From the NCBI GenBank assembly GCA_030704665.1, contig JAUYID010000009.1:586460-650459 (forward strand): 64,000 nucleotides of DNA, read 5' to 3'. The notes beneath the pieces were generated by a model that saw only the letters and a program-made list of their open reading frames with translations, was not told the origin of the DNA and made no database searches. The stretch comes from a bacterium. GTDB lineage: Bacteria; Patescibacteriota; Microgenomatia; Woykebacterales; RBG-16-39-9b. Numbering within the stretch: position 1 is the stretch's first letter; each line of letters opens with the position of its first letter. The position numbers and the translations under genes are program-made. Shown here piece after piece: positions 1-10,594 of the stretch.

Positions 1-1
1 A

Positions 2-850
2 CACACGATTGTTGTTGCCGCCTCCGCTGCTGATTCAGCGACGATGCAATACATCGCCCCTTATGCCGGGACTGCCTTTGGGGAGTACTTTATGTCCAAA
101 GGCAAGGATGCCTTAATCATCTATGATGATTTAAGTAAACACGCCTGGGCCTATCGTCAAATTTCCCTACTTTTGCGCCGTCCCTCCGGACGAGAGGCCT
201 ACCCGGGAGACGTTTTTTATCTCCATTCACGACTGCTGGAACGAAGCGCTAAAATGAACCAGGACTACGGTGGTGGTTCTCTGACAAGTCTGCCAATCAT
301 CGAGACCCAAGCAGGAGACGTTTCTGCTTATATCCCAACGAACGTTATTTCTATTACTGATGGGCAGATTTATCTTGAGGGTGACCTTTTTTACGCTGGA
401 ACCAGACCGGCAATTAACGTCGGGCTCTCGGTCTCCCGTGTTGGAGGCTCGGCCCAAGTCAAGGCCATGAAACAAGTAGCCGGAACCCTTCGCCTTGACT
501 TGGCTCAGTACCGCGAACTAGCTGCCTTCGCGCAATTCGGTTCTGATCTTGATCCCGAAACCAAAGCTAGGCTGCAGCGTGGTCAAAGATTGACAGAAAT
601 TCTCAAACAACCCCAATACCAACCACTCCCGGTTGAGCAACAAGTTGCTCTTATTTGGGCGGCCACCAATGGTTTTCTTGACAGCATCGAGCTGGAAAAA
701 GTTGCCGATTTCAAGGAAAGATACCTTCTCTTTCTTGCCAATAAAAAGGTCAAACTTCTTTCCGATCTTAAGGAAAAACAAACCCTGGAAGACAAATTGA
801 GCGCAGAGCTGAAAAAGGCGACTGAGGAATTTAAAAAAACTTATAAATAA
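2..850 (+). CDS. atpA: F0F1 ATP synthase subunit alpha, C-terminal part; the 5' end lies before the window
   Basis: Translation ...[64 protein letters not shown]... matches the conserved alpha/beta-family core. It is followed by gamma, beta and epsilon in canonical order. The frame is open to the window edge. Confidence 0.9.
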   Translation, partial: HTIVVAASAADSATMQYIAPYAGTAFGEYFMSKGKDALIIYDDLSKHAWAYRQISLLLRRPSGREAYPGDVFYLHSRLLERSAKMNQDYGGGSLTSLPIIETQAGDVSAYIPTNVISITDGQIYLEGDLFYAGTRPAINVGLSVSRVGGSAQVKAMKQVAGTLRLDLAQYRELAAFAQFGSDLDPETKARLQRGQRLTEILKQPQYQPLPVEQQVALIWAATNGFLDSIELEKVADFKERYLLFLANKKVKLLSDLKEKQTLEDKLSAELKKATEEFKKTYK

Positions 851-853
851 CTT

Positions 854-3116
<2,263 letters not shown>

Positions 3117-3179
3117 AACTTGAGATTGGCGCACATAAATGTGCTGAGCAATTTCCAATCTAAGAATTAAAATGAAAAT

Positions 3180-3614
3180 ATGAAATTGGAAATAGTTACT
3201 CCAGAAAAAAAAGCTTTTGAAGATGAAGTTGATCAAGTGACTCTGACCACAACTGAAGGACAGATCACTGTTCTTCCTCACCACATCCCGGTTTTTACTC
3301 AACTTGCTTCCGGTGAAATAGTCGCGAAAAAAGCTGGCAAAGAAGCTTTGCTTGCTTCAGGCGGGGGCTTTGCCGAAATTACGGGAGATAAAGTCTCGGT
3401 TTTGACTGACCTGGCTGATCGCCCGGAGGAAATCGATGAGAAAAAAGTTGAAGAAGCGAAGAAAAGAGCTGAAGCAGCCATGAAGGAAAAACACCTGCTT
3501 TCTGAAGAAGAGTTCGCTGCCACTGCCGCAGCTCTCGAAAAAGCTCTTGCTCAGCTGAAGATAAAGCACCGCCGGCGACCTGCTACTACCCTAAAAACTG
3601 AAACTAGTCTTTAG
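3180..3614 (+). CDS. atpC: F0F1 ATP synthase subunit epsilon
   Basis: 144 aa. LEIVTPEKKAFEDEVDQVTLTTTEGQITVLPHH is the typical epsilon N-terminal beta-sandwich. Position after atpD. Confidence 0.8.
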   Translation: MKLEIVTPEKKAFEDEVDQVTLTTTEGQITVLPHHIPVFTQLASGEIVAKKAGKEALLASGGGFAEITGDKVSVLTDLADRPEEIDEKKVEEAKKRAEAAMKEKHLLSEEEFAATAAALEKALAQLKIKHRRRPATTLKTETSL

Positions 3615-3616
3615 CC

Positions 3617-4465
3617 ATGAACAAAAAATTCACTTCTACCCCATCCAGTCTTTGGGATAGCGTTTCAAGCGAATATGAAGACACCTCCTTTCATCGCAAA
3701 GATGGTCTATACCCGGCCAACTCCTTTCGCTACGAAATCCTTTTTGATTATTTGGACAAGACCCCCAAAGGAAGAGTCCTTGATGCTGGCGCTGGACCAG
3801 GATTGATGACCCGTGAACTACAAAAACGTGGTTGGGAGGTTACTGCTTGTGATTACTCAAAGGGGATGATTGAAACTTCAAAGAAAAAAGCTAGGCAAGA
3901 GGGTTTGCCTGATGTTTACCAACAACTAAAACTCCAAGAGCTTGGGAAATTGGACCAAAAATTTGATTATATAATCCTCAACGGTGTTCTTCCCTATATT
4001 TCCGAGAATGAAGAAACAAAAGTTTTTGAAGAAATAAAAAAAGTTCTCAACCCAGGAGGGATCCTCATTGGCTCTCATTACAATCTTTACTTTGACATTT
4101 TTGGATTTGATCGCTGGGCAGTGGAGGCTGTCACAAAGAATATCTTACAACCGTCTGGTTTGGATGAAGCGGAGATAGCTAAAGCCAAAGAAAAAATAAC
4201 TTCCCTACTCAGGCAACCAGAAGAAACTCTCGATAAAGAAAAAACAATGAAACTAGAAGATCCAACTGGTTACAAATTTAAACTGAAAAAATTTGGTTTT
4301 GATGAGTTTGATCAAGCTTACTACAATCTCTTCTATCTCCCGGCAAAATTTGAAGCAGCTCAAAATCAAGAAACCAGGGAAAAACTAGAAAGAAAACTCC
4401 GACGAGACCCAAAAGGATTACTCCTCTATCGAACTTTCGTTTCTTTTGCCAAGCTGTCTACCTAA
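3617..4465 (+). CDS. class I SAM-dependent methyltransferase
   Basis: Motif I VLDAGAGPGLMTRELQKRGWEVTACDYS and a post-I acidic residue. 282 aa. Confidence 0.7.
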   Translation: MNKKFTSTPSSLWDSVSSEYEDTSFHRKDGLYPANSFRYEILFDYLDKTPKGRVLDAGAGPGLMTRELQKRGWEVTACDYSKGMIETSKKKARQEGLPDVYQQLKLQELGKLDQKFDYIILNGVLPYISENEETKVFEEIKKVLNPGGILIGSHYNLYFDIFGFDRWAVEAVTKNILQPSGLDEAEIAKAKEKITSLLRQPEETLDKEKTMKLEDPTGYKFKLKKFGFDEFDQAYYNLFYLPAKFEAAQNQETREKLERKLRRDPKGLLLYRTFVSFAKLST

Positions 4466-5035
4466 ATCAAAAATTGTTTTCACCCGGCGCAGCTCTAGTT
4501 TGCTTTCTTCCTCAGCCTGCCAATTTATTACATATTTCTCCCAATCTTTGACTATTTCACTCCTAGCCTTTTCAGGAAAGAAAAAAGCTATTTCAGAACT
4601 TCCGACAGGAGCATAGTTTTCTAGCGAAACAACAATAAAAGGAATTTCCTTCAAAACTTTTTTTCCTTTTAAATAATAGCTCAGAAGGCTGTGGTGACCA
4701 TCAAAAAGAATTAGTTTTGAATTTGGCCCGAGGACAAATTTTATGTTCGGTAAACCCCGATTTCCATAAATATGGGTATTTTTTTCAATTTCCTCTGACA
4801 ATTTTTCAATTTGCTTCAAATCACGTAAACCGGATTTATTGTGGAGAGGAACTGCCTCCCCAAGAGAAAAATCTGCAAAAAAGCTTTTCTTTTTCGTTAA
4901 ATCCTTTTTCCAGTTGCCTTTTATTCTTTCAATTATTTTGTAGGGAGAATCCTTTTTTGTTGTGAAATTTGCTACGAAAACACCCATCAATGTTGGAATC
5001 GAGATAGTGACAAAACTTTTCATGGCTTTAAACAA
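4418..5035 (-). CDS. hypothetical protein
   Basis: 205-aa ORF. Convergent with the methyltransferase and overlaps its 3' end by 48 nt. No recognisable motif. Confidence 0.4.
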   Translation of the reverse strand: MFKAMKSFVTISIPTLMGVFVANFTTKKDSPYKIIERIKGNWKKDLTKKKSFFADFSLGEAVPLHNKSGLRDLKQIEKLSEEIEKNTHIYGNRGLPNIKFVLGPNSKLILFDGHHSLLSYYLKGKKVLKEIPFIVVSLENYAPVGSSEIAFFFPEKARSEIVKDWEKYVINWQAEEESKLELRRVKTIFDLGRQLGKRNESSIEE

Positions 5036-5132
5036 GTCACAAAAATATTTTTGCTGCTAAAAGCGGAGTTGTTCATGATTAGGAGGCTATTTTAACCTGA
5101 GAAGTTCTATTTGTAAACAAAGCTATTAAAAA

Positions 5133-5161
5133 TTGAAAATCGAGGCTATTTCTGTTAGAAT
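5133..5161 (+). promoter_or_regulatory. sigma70-like promoter for tRNA-Glu: TTGAAA-N17-TAGAAT
   Basis: TTGAAA (5133-5138), 17-nt spacer, TAGAAT (5156-5161), about 55 nt upstream of tRNA-Glu. Confidence 0.5.
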
Positions 5162-5218
5162 GAATTTTCTTTGCTGGCCCTGTCACTTCAAACGTGACTG
5201 GTCAGCCGAGTTTGACTC

Positions 5219-5295
5219 GGCCCCGTCGTCTAGCGGTTTAGGATACTTGGTTTTCATCCAAGAGATCGCGGGTTCAAATCCCGCCGGGGTCACCA
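5219..5295 (+). tRNA. tRNA-Glu (anticodon TTC)
   Basis: Hand-folded cloverleaf. Acceptor GGCCCCG/CGGGGTC, anticodon stem CTTGG/CCAAG with loop TTTTCAT, T-arm GCGGG-TTCAAAT-CCCGC, encoded CCA. Confidence 0.85.
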
Positions 5296-5365
5296 ATTTG
5301 ACTGATATAGCAATATAAAACGCTACTTTTTGACAACATCTCAATAATTCTTCATACTTACATCA

Positions 5366-6265
5366 ATGCTCGATAATAATGTGCCCAACCCCTTCGCCAA
5401 AAACCCTAATTTCTACACCCACAAAGTCTTTGCAGCAGTCGGTCTAATCTTGATTGGAACTATTATTGCCGCTGCCGGTATCTGGTACTATGTTGAGAAT
5501 CAAGCAGGGGCCAAAAAAGATTCAGCGGACAAAGCTACGAATTTGCAGCCAGCCTCATCATCAGCGCATACTTCGACTCAGACAGAACAAATCACTTGGA
5601 TGCAAACTGCAACCGGTTGGCAAGCCAGTGGCACACCACCAACTTGCCCGAGCCCAGTTTTGAAAACTCCGGTGGCTTTGACCAAAGTTACTTCGATACT
5701 CTACCCTGGACAAGTGAGGGGAGGAAATTACAAACCGCACGGGGGTTTTCGCTTTGATACGGCTAAAAGTAGCAGCGTGTCCGTCAGCGCTGCCATGGAC
5801 GCGGTCGTTGTTCGTGGAAGTCGTTACTTAGTTAATGGGGAAATTCAATATACTTTTGATTTTATTGCACCTTGCGGGATTATGTACCGGCTTGGACACT
5901 TACTTGTCCTGGACTCAAAATACCAAAAAATTGCAGCTTCTTTTCCCGCTGCAAAAGAAGGTGACTCACGAACAGAAAATGTAAACCCGCAGGTGGAGGT
6001 CAATGCGGGTGAAACAATCGCCACTGCTGTCGGAATAACAAAAGGTGGCTTAAATGTATTTTTTGATTTCGGTGTCTACGATCTCAAAACCAAAAACCAA
6101 GCTTCAAAAGATGCTGCTTGGGCAGCCAAACCGGAGCACGATCCGGAATTGGCCCAACACGCTCTGTGCTGGTTTGACCTTCTACCAAGTACCGATACAT
6201 CCAAAGTCAAAAGCTTACCAGGCGCAGATGGGACCGCTGGTAAAACCAGTGACTACTGTAAATAA
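5366..6265 (+). CDS. hypothetical membrane-anchored protein
   Basis: 299 aa. One N-terminal TM helix (VFAAVGLILIGTIIAAAGIWYYV), then a Ser/Thr-rich linker and a globular domain. Immediately upstream of the ABC transporter genes. Confidence 0.5.
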   Translation: MLDNNVPNPFAKNPNFYTHKVFAAVGLILIGTIIAAAGIWYYVENQAGAKKDSADKATNLQPASSSAHTSTQTEQITWMQTATGWQASGTPPTCPSPVLKTPVALTKVTSILYPGQVRGGNYKPHGGFRFDTAKSSSVSVSAAMDAVVVRGSRYLVNGEIQYTFDFIAPCGIMYRLGHLLVLDSKYQKIAASFPAAKEGDSRTENVNPQVEVNAGETIATAVGITKGGLNVFFDFGVYDLKTKNQASKDAAWAAKPEHDPELAQHALCWFDLLPSTDTSKVKSLPGADGTAGKTSDYCK

Positions 6266-6379
6266 CACTGCGCGCGCACCAGAACTTGATTCCTTTCAGC
6301 AAGTTTTCCGAACATATAATTGACCCTGCCTCTTGAGGAGACCTTCTCCCAACAGGTTTAACCAGACTCTCACCTCGAA

Positions 6380-7195
6380 ATGTTCGCACAGTTCCCAAAG
6401 GTTTACGGATCCGGAAAGTACTCCAACAGCAAGGATGGGGAGCATTCTCTTTTCATTACACATATCGTTGATAAAACTCTCGTTTTTATCTACAATACTA
6501 CGGTGGCTGAAACAAAAGAAGCAATTCTCAATTTAACTGACATTCACAAAATCTACAAAACTAGCAGCGAAAATACTGTTGCTCTAAAAAATCTTAACTT
6601 GAGAATAAAAAAGGGTGAAAGTATTGCCATCATCGGCAAATCTGGCAGTGGCAAATCCACTCTCATGCACGTCATGGCCACACTCGACCGACCTAGTAGT
6701 GGTGAACTGAGTATCAATGGTGTCTCAACCACAGAACTGAAAAACTCTGCTCTTGATGACCTCAGAAACAAAACATTTGGTTTTGTCTTTCAGCAATTTT
6801 TCGTCAATCCCCGCAACAGTTGTCTCGACAATGTCATCCTGCCTCTAGTCATTGCCGGTGTCAAAGCAAAAGAACGCCGAGCTCGCGGTTTAGAAATTCT
6901 TGAATCAGTCGGTCTTATTGACAAGGCGAAAGCCAAGGCCAATGATCTATCTGGAGGACAGAAACAAAGACTTTGTATCGCACGGGCCCTAATTACTCAA
7001 CCCGAAGTCATCTTTGCTGACGAGCCAACCGGAAATCTTGACAGTGAAACTGGGAAAATAATTATAGATTTGCTTTTTGACCTGCACCGCAAACACAACC
7101 TTACTTTGGTTGTCGTCACCCATGATCAAGAACTGGCCGACCTATGTGACCGGCAAATTATTTTGAAAGACGGAGTCATCATCCAGGAATCCTAA
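6380..7195 (+). CDS. ABC transporter ATP-binding protein (MacB/LolD/FtsE-like)
   Basis: Walker A GKSGSGKST, signature LSGGQKQR, Walker B IIFADEPTGNLD. The ATG given is probably too early; GTG or TTG candidates lie near 6500. Confidence 0.85.
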   Translation: MFAQFPKVYGSGKYSNSKDGEHSLFITHIVDKTLVFIYNTTVAETKEAILNLTDIHKIYKTSSENTVALKNLNLRIKKGESIAIIGKSGSGKSTLMHVMATLDRPSSGELSINGVSTTELKNSALDDLRNKTFGFVFQQFFVNPRNSCLDNVILPLVIAGVKAKERRARGLEILESVGLIDKAKAKANDLSGGQKQRLCIARALITQPEVIFADEPTGNLDSETGKIIIDLLFDLHRKHNLTLVVVTHDQELADLCDRQIILKDGVIIQES

Positions 7196-7199
7196 AAAA

Positions 7200-8468
7200 A
7201 TGAGACTTTTTGATATTATTCGCACAGCCCAGGGAAATTTATTACGCAGTAAACTGCGGACTTTTCTGACTATTGTCGCGGTTTTTATTGGAACTCTAAC
7301 GCTGTCTCTGACCAACGGTGTCGGCAACGGTGTCAAATCCTATATTGATAGTCAGCTTGGCAACGTTGGAGCTAAAGATGTACTTGTAGTTCAAGCTAAA
7401 CAAGTCAATCAAAATCCGGTTTCGACTGACGTAGTCAAATACGATCCAGATCGCGAAACTGGAACTTTTAATATCACTCTACTTACGAAGGAGGATATTT
7501 CAAAAATAAAAGGGGTAAACGGAATTCTTGAAGTCACACCAGCCTATTTCTTCCAACTTGAGTATATTAGCGCTGGTGGGGAAAAATACAACGTCACCGC
7601 CAACCAATATGTAGAGGGCTTAAACATCGAAATGGCTGCTGGCAGAACAGTGGGCATCGATAGCACCGATGAAATTACGATTCCAGCTCGTTATGTTAAA
7701 CCTCTAGGTTTTTCTTCAAACGGAAATGCTCTTGATAAAGAAGTTAGTCTATCTTTTAAAAATGCCCTTGGGTTTTTGACTGAAACCAAAGTCCGGGTAG
7801 TTGGAATTCAAGAAAATTCTCTTTTGGGCAATCTTGATAGTTCTATTGGTGCGCCTTTAGCTAAAAAAATTGTTGAAGAACAAACCGCGGGTATCACTCA
7901 ATTGGAAAACAAGTTTCAAGCGGTCTTTGCCCGCTTTGATCTCAGCCTTAGTAAAGAGAGCCTTGGAGCACTAAAAAAAGATTTGGACGGCCTGGGCTAT
8001 TCCGCAGTTAGCATTGAAGATCAGATTGGTGTCGTCAACCAAGTGATTGACGCAATTCTCATGGGGCTGAATATTTTGGGCGGTATTGCCTTGCTCGCCG
8101 CCAGCTTTGGCATTGTTAACACTTTGCTGATGGCCGTCAACGAGCGCACCCGTGAAATTGGTCTGATGAAAGCTCTCGGAGCTCACCGCCGGCACATCTT
8201 TGCAATCTTTGCTTTTGAAGCGATTAGTATTGGTTTTTGGGGAGGTCTACTGGGAATACTCGTCAGTATTGGAATAGGAACCGTCGCCAACAATATCGCT
8301 TCGAACTCTTTTCTGAAAGACTTTGTCGGTTTTGATTTACTAAAATTCCCCCCGCTCCCCTCTTTAGTAATTTTACTAGGTATAATGCTCTTAGCCTTTA
8401 TCTCAGGAGCATTACCGTCGATAAAAGCAAGCCGCCTCAATCCAATTGAAGCTTTGCGCTATGAGTAA
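7200..8468 (+). CDS. ABC transporter permease, FtsX-like (MacB-type)
   Basis: 422 aa. N-terminal TM helix, large extracytoplasmic domain, C-terminal three-TM bundle. Immediately follows the ATPase gene. Confidence 0.8.
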   Translation: MRLFDIIRTAQGNLLRSKLRTFLTIVAVFIGTLTLSLTNGVGNGVKSYIDSQLGNVGAKDVLVVQAKQVNQNPVSTDVVKYDPDRETGTFNITLLTKEDISKIKGVNGILEVTPAYFFQLEYISAGGEKYNVTANQYVEGLNIEMAAGRTVGIDSTDEITIPARYVKPLGFSSNGNALDKEVSLSFKNALGFLTETKVRVVGIQENSLLGNLDSSIGAPLAKKIVEEQTAGITQLENKFQAVFARFDLSLSKESLGALKKDLDGLGYSAVSIEDQIGVVNQVIDAILMGLNILGGIALLAASFGIVNTLLMAVNERTREIGLMKALGAHRRHIFAIFAFEAISIGFWGGLLGILVSIGIGTVANNIASNSFLKDFVGFDLLKFPPLPSLVILLGIMLLAFISGALPSIKASRLNPIEALRYE

Positions 8469-8553
8469 TAAAATTTCTTTTGACAACCAAACCAAGTCCT
8501 TCCTTGTTCGTTGCAAAATTTCTTTTTAGTTCTTAAATTTTAATCTTACAGAT

Positions 8554-8931
8554 ATGGAAACCAAAGTAAATTTCAAAGGAGGTGTTGTTTTTTTGACCCT
8601 CTGCGATTTCACTGATGAAACAGAAGCAGAGGAAGTCATCTATTGCGTTGAAAACATTTTCGCAAAAGCGAAACCCCCGATCGCGGCTTTGGTTTTTCTT
8701 GATTGTTACCGAGGAAGTACGACCAAAACCCGCTTTTTGGTCGGAGAATTTTTGAAAAACAAAATGGATCAAGTCAGCAAAATTGCCTTTGTCGGTAGCA
8801 AAAACAAGCCTTTTGAGATCGCCACTATGGTCGTCATGGCTCTCTCCGGTTTTCACAATTTCAAATTTTTTACAAGCGAAAAATCTGCTCTAGCGTGGGT
8901 CAAAGTACCCGCCGCTGAGTTGGTGAGGTAA
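8554..8931 (+). CDS. hypothetical protein, possibly STAS/SpoIIAA-like fold
   Basis: 125-aa ORF downstream of the ABC permease. The fold assignment is a guess from length and pattern only. Confidence 0.35.
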   Translation: METKVNFKGGVVFLTLCDFTDETEAEEVIYCVENIFAKAKPPIAALVFLDCYRGSTTKTRFLVGEFLKNKMDQVSKIAFVGSKNKPFEIATMVVMALSGFHNFKFFTSEKSALAWVKVPAAELVR

Positions 8932-8993
8932 CTTCCTACCACTATTAGCCGCAACTTGCTATAATGAAAAACGCAATAGCTAAATTCTAAAAA

Positions 8994-9734
8994 GTGGTTT
9001 TTCTGATTCACAACAGTAGAAGAATAGTTTACCTTTTCAGTGCTCTGACAGCACTGACGATTTTTTTTCTCGTTCGGGAGTTATTTCCTTCTTCATCCCA
9101 ACAAACAACTCGTCTCGTCCAAAGCTATGCCTTCACCGCCGTCATTTATATTTACTTCGCTCTCTTGGCTAGCCCAATCTACAACGTCTTTCCGTCTCTA
9201 CCCTATAAGCCTCTTTATTTGACTGCTCGCAAAGCAATTGGTGTTTCAGCCTTTTTCTTTGCTTTGCTTCATGTCAGCTTCGCTCTGTTTGGCCCTCTGG
9301 GTGGTTTTCATTTGACTAGTTTCTCGCAATTAAATTTTCATTTTTCTCCTAGTCTTGAGGGTTTTCTGGCTCTTTACTTTTTGCCGATTTCTCTTTTCTT
9401 CCCCGGAATTGCTTTGTTGAGTGAACGCTACCAAATTGCCTTGGTTTTTAGCTCCATAGCCTTTGTTATTTTGTCTCTGATGGCCCTGACTTCACTGGAA
9501 TATTTCGTCATTAAACTTGGCCGCAAGTGGAAAATTCTCCACCGCTTCGTCTACCTCGCCGCGCTAGCGATAGTTATCCATGCTCTTTTGATTGGAAGCC
9601 ATTTTACAAACCTAAATGGGACTGTTCCGTGGGTTAGTTTTCTGGCTCTTGCTTTTTTACTCGTACTTGAAACCATTCGTTTTTATAAATTTCTGGTCAA
9701 AAAATCCCTACTGAAAAAAATGTCTCAGAAGTAA
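8994..9734 (+). CDS. polytopic membrane protein, ferric-reductase-like / MsrQ(YedZ)-like haem-binding TM domain (tentative)
   Basis: 246 aa, about six TM helices, with paired His in helices (ALLHVSF..., VIHALLIGSHF). Confidence 0.4.
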   Translation: MVFLIHNSRRIVYLFSALTALTIFFLVRELFPSSSQQTTRLVQSYAFTAVIYIYFALLASPIYNVFPSLPYKPLYLTARKAIGVSAFFFALLHVSFALFGPLGGFHLTSFSQLNFHFSPSLEGFLALYFLPISLFFPGIALLSERYQIALVFSSIAFVILSLMALTSLEYFVIKLGRKWKILHRFVYLAALAIVIHALLIGSHFTNLNGTVPWVSFLALAFLLVLETIRFYKFLVKKSLLKKMSQK

Positions 9735-10024
9735 TCTAAAAAGAGGATTTTCCCCTGTATTTTGTCTCTGGGAATCAGACCAAGTTTGCGGCTGTCCAAA
9801 CTATCTTCTTTTTTGTCTCCTGACAAAAAGTAGCCGTTGTTGTCTTTTTCCGTAATTCTTTTTACAAAATTTTTTCCTTGCCAATCAAAAACAACTACGT
9901 CCCCAATCTTTGGTTTTTGAAAAAAATAGGCCCAGTGATTTACCCAAACTAGCCTACCCTCGGTTAGTGTTGGCTCCATGCTGTGGCCTTTGATACGATA
10001 GCGGGAAAAAGGAAACAGTTTCAC
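9725..10024 (-). CDS. sodX: S26-family signal-peptidase-like protease, putative Ni-SOD maturation peptidase SodX
   Basis: 99 aa with GHSMEPTL... (Ser of the SPase-I-type Ser/Lys dyad). Lies immediately downstream of sodN in the same orientation, overlapping it by 4 nt. Confidence 0.7.
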   Translation of the reverse strand: MKLFPFSRYRIKGHSMEPTLTEGRLVWVNHWAYFFQKPKIGDVVVFDWQGKNFVKRITEKDNNGYFLSGDKKEDSLDSRKLGLIPRDKIQGKILFLDYF

Positions 10025-10515
10025 TTGTGACTAACGATTTCGCCTTCGGTTGGAAAGCCTGATTTGACCCGAACCACTTCTAGCCCTTTGGATTGATAAA
10101 AAATCTCAGCAAAATCCTGAACCAGTTTCAAAAGTTCCTCGGATCCTTCCAAACTAATTTCTTGTTTGGCTTTTGAGGCTGCTTTCATAATTTTGAAAAC
10201 TTTTTCGTGCAAATCTGGGTACTTCTCAATCTGCTCAGTTTTGAAGTAGTCTCCCCAAATGACTCTAACCTCATTTTTTACTTTTTCGGCGTGTTCCTCT
10301 TTTACTTTTGTAAGGCGGCTGATTTTAAAGTCTGAGCTGTTGTCAGCCTTATTGTCATCAGGATCGTTTTTTACTTCACTCAAAAGCTTCGTCATTCTGA
10401 TGACAGTGTGAGCTGCAACTTGAGCTTCATGAGGATCATAAATCCCGCAGGGGATATCACAATGAGCGAAAGCACTTTTAACTGGGAGAACTTTATCTAA
10501 AATTTGATTAAACAT
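10021..10515 (-). CDS. sodN: nickel-containing superoxide dismutase precursor
   Basis: Ni-hook motif HCDIPCGIYDP preceded by a 17-aa leader, MFNQILDKVLPVKSAFA. Total 164 aa, matching Ni-SOD length. Confidence 0.85.
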   Translation of the reverse strand: MFNQILDKVLPVKSAFAHCDIPCGIYDPHEAQVAAHTVIRMTKLLSEVKNDPDDNKADNSSDFKISRLTKVKEEHAEKVKNEVRVIWGDYFKTEQIEKYPDLHEKVFKIMKAASKAKQEISLEGSEELLKLVQDFAEIFYQSKGLEVVRVKSGFPTEGEIVSHK

Positions 10516-10594
10516 AAACTACCTCCTTTATATTTACTTTCTATTTTGCCGTTAATTTTCCTTCTCTTCAAGAGCCAAGCGGAGCGAGAATCAG

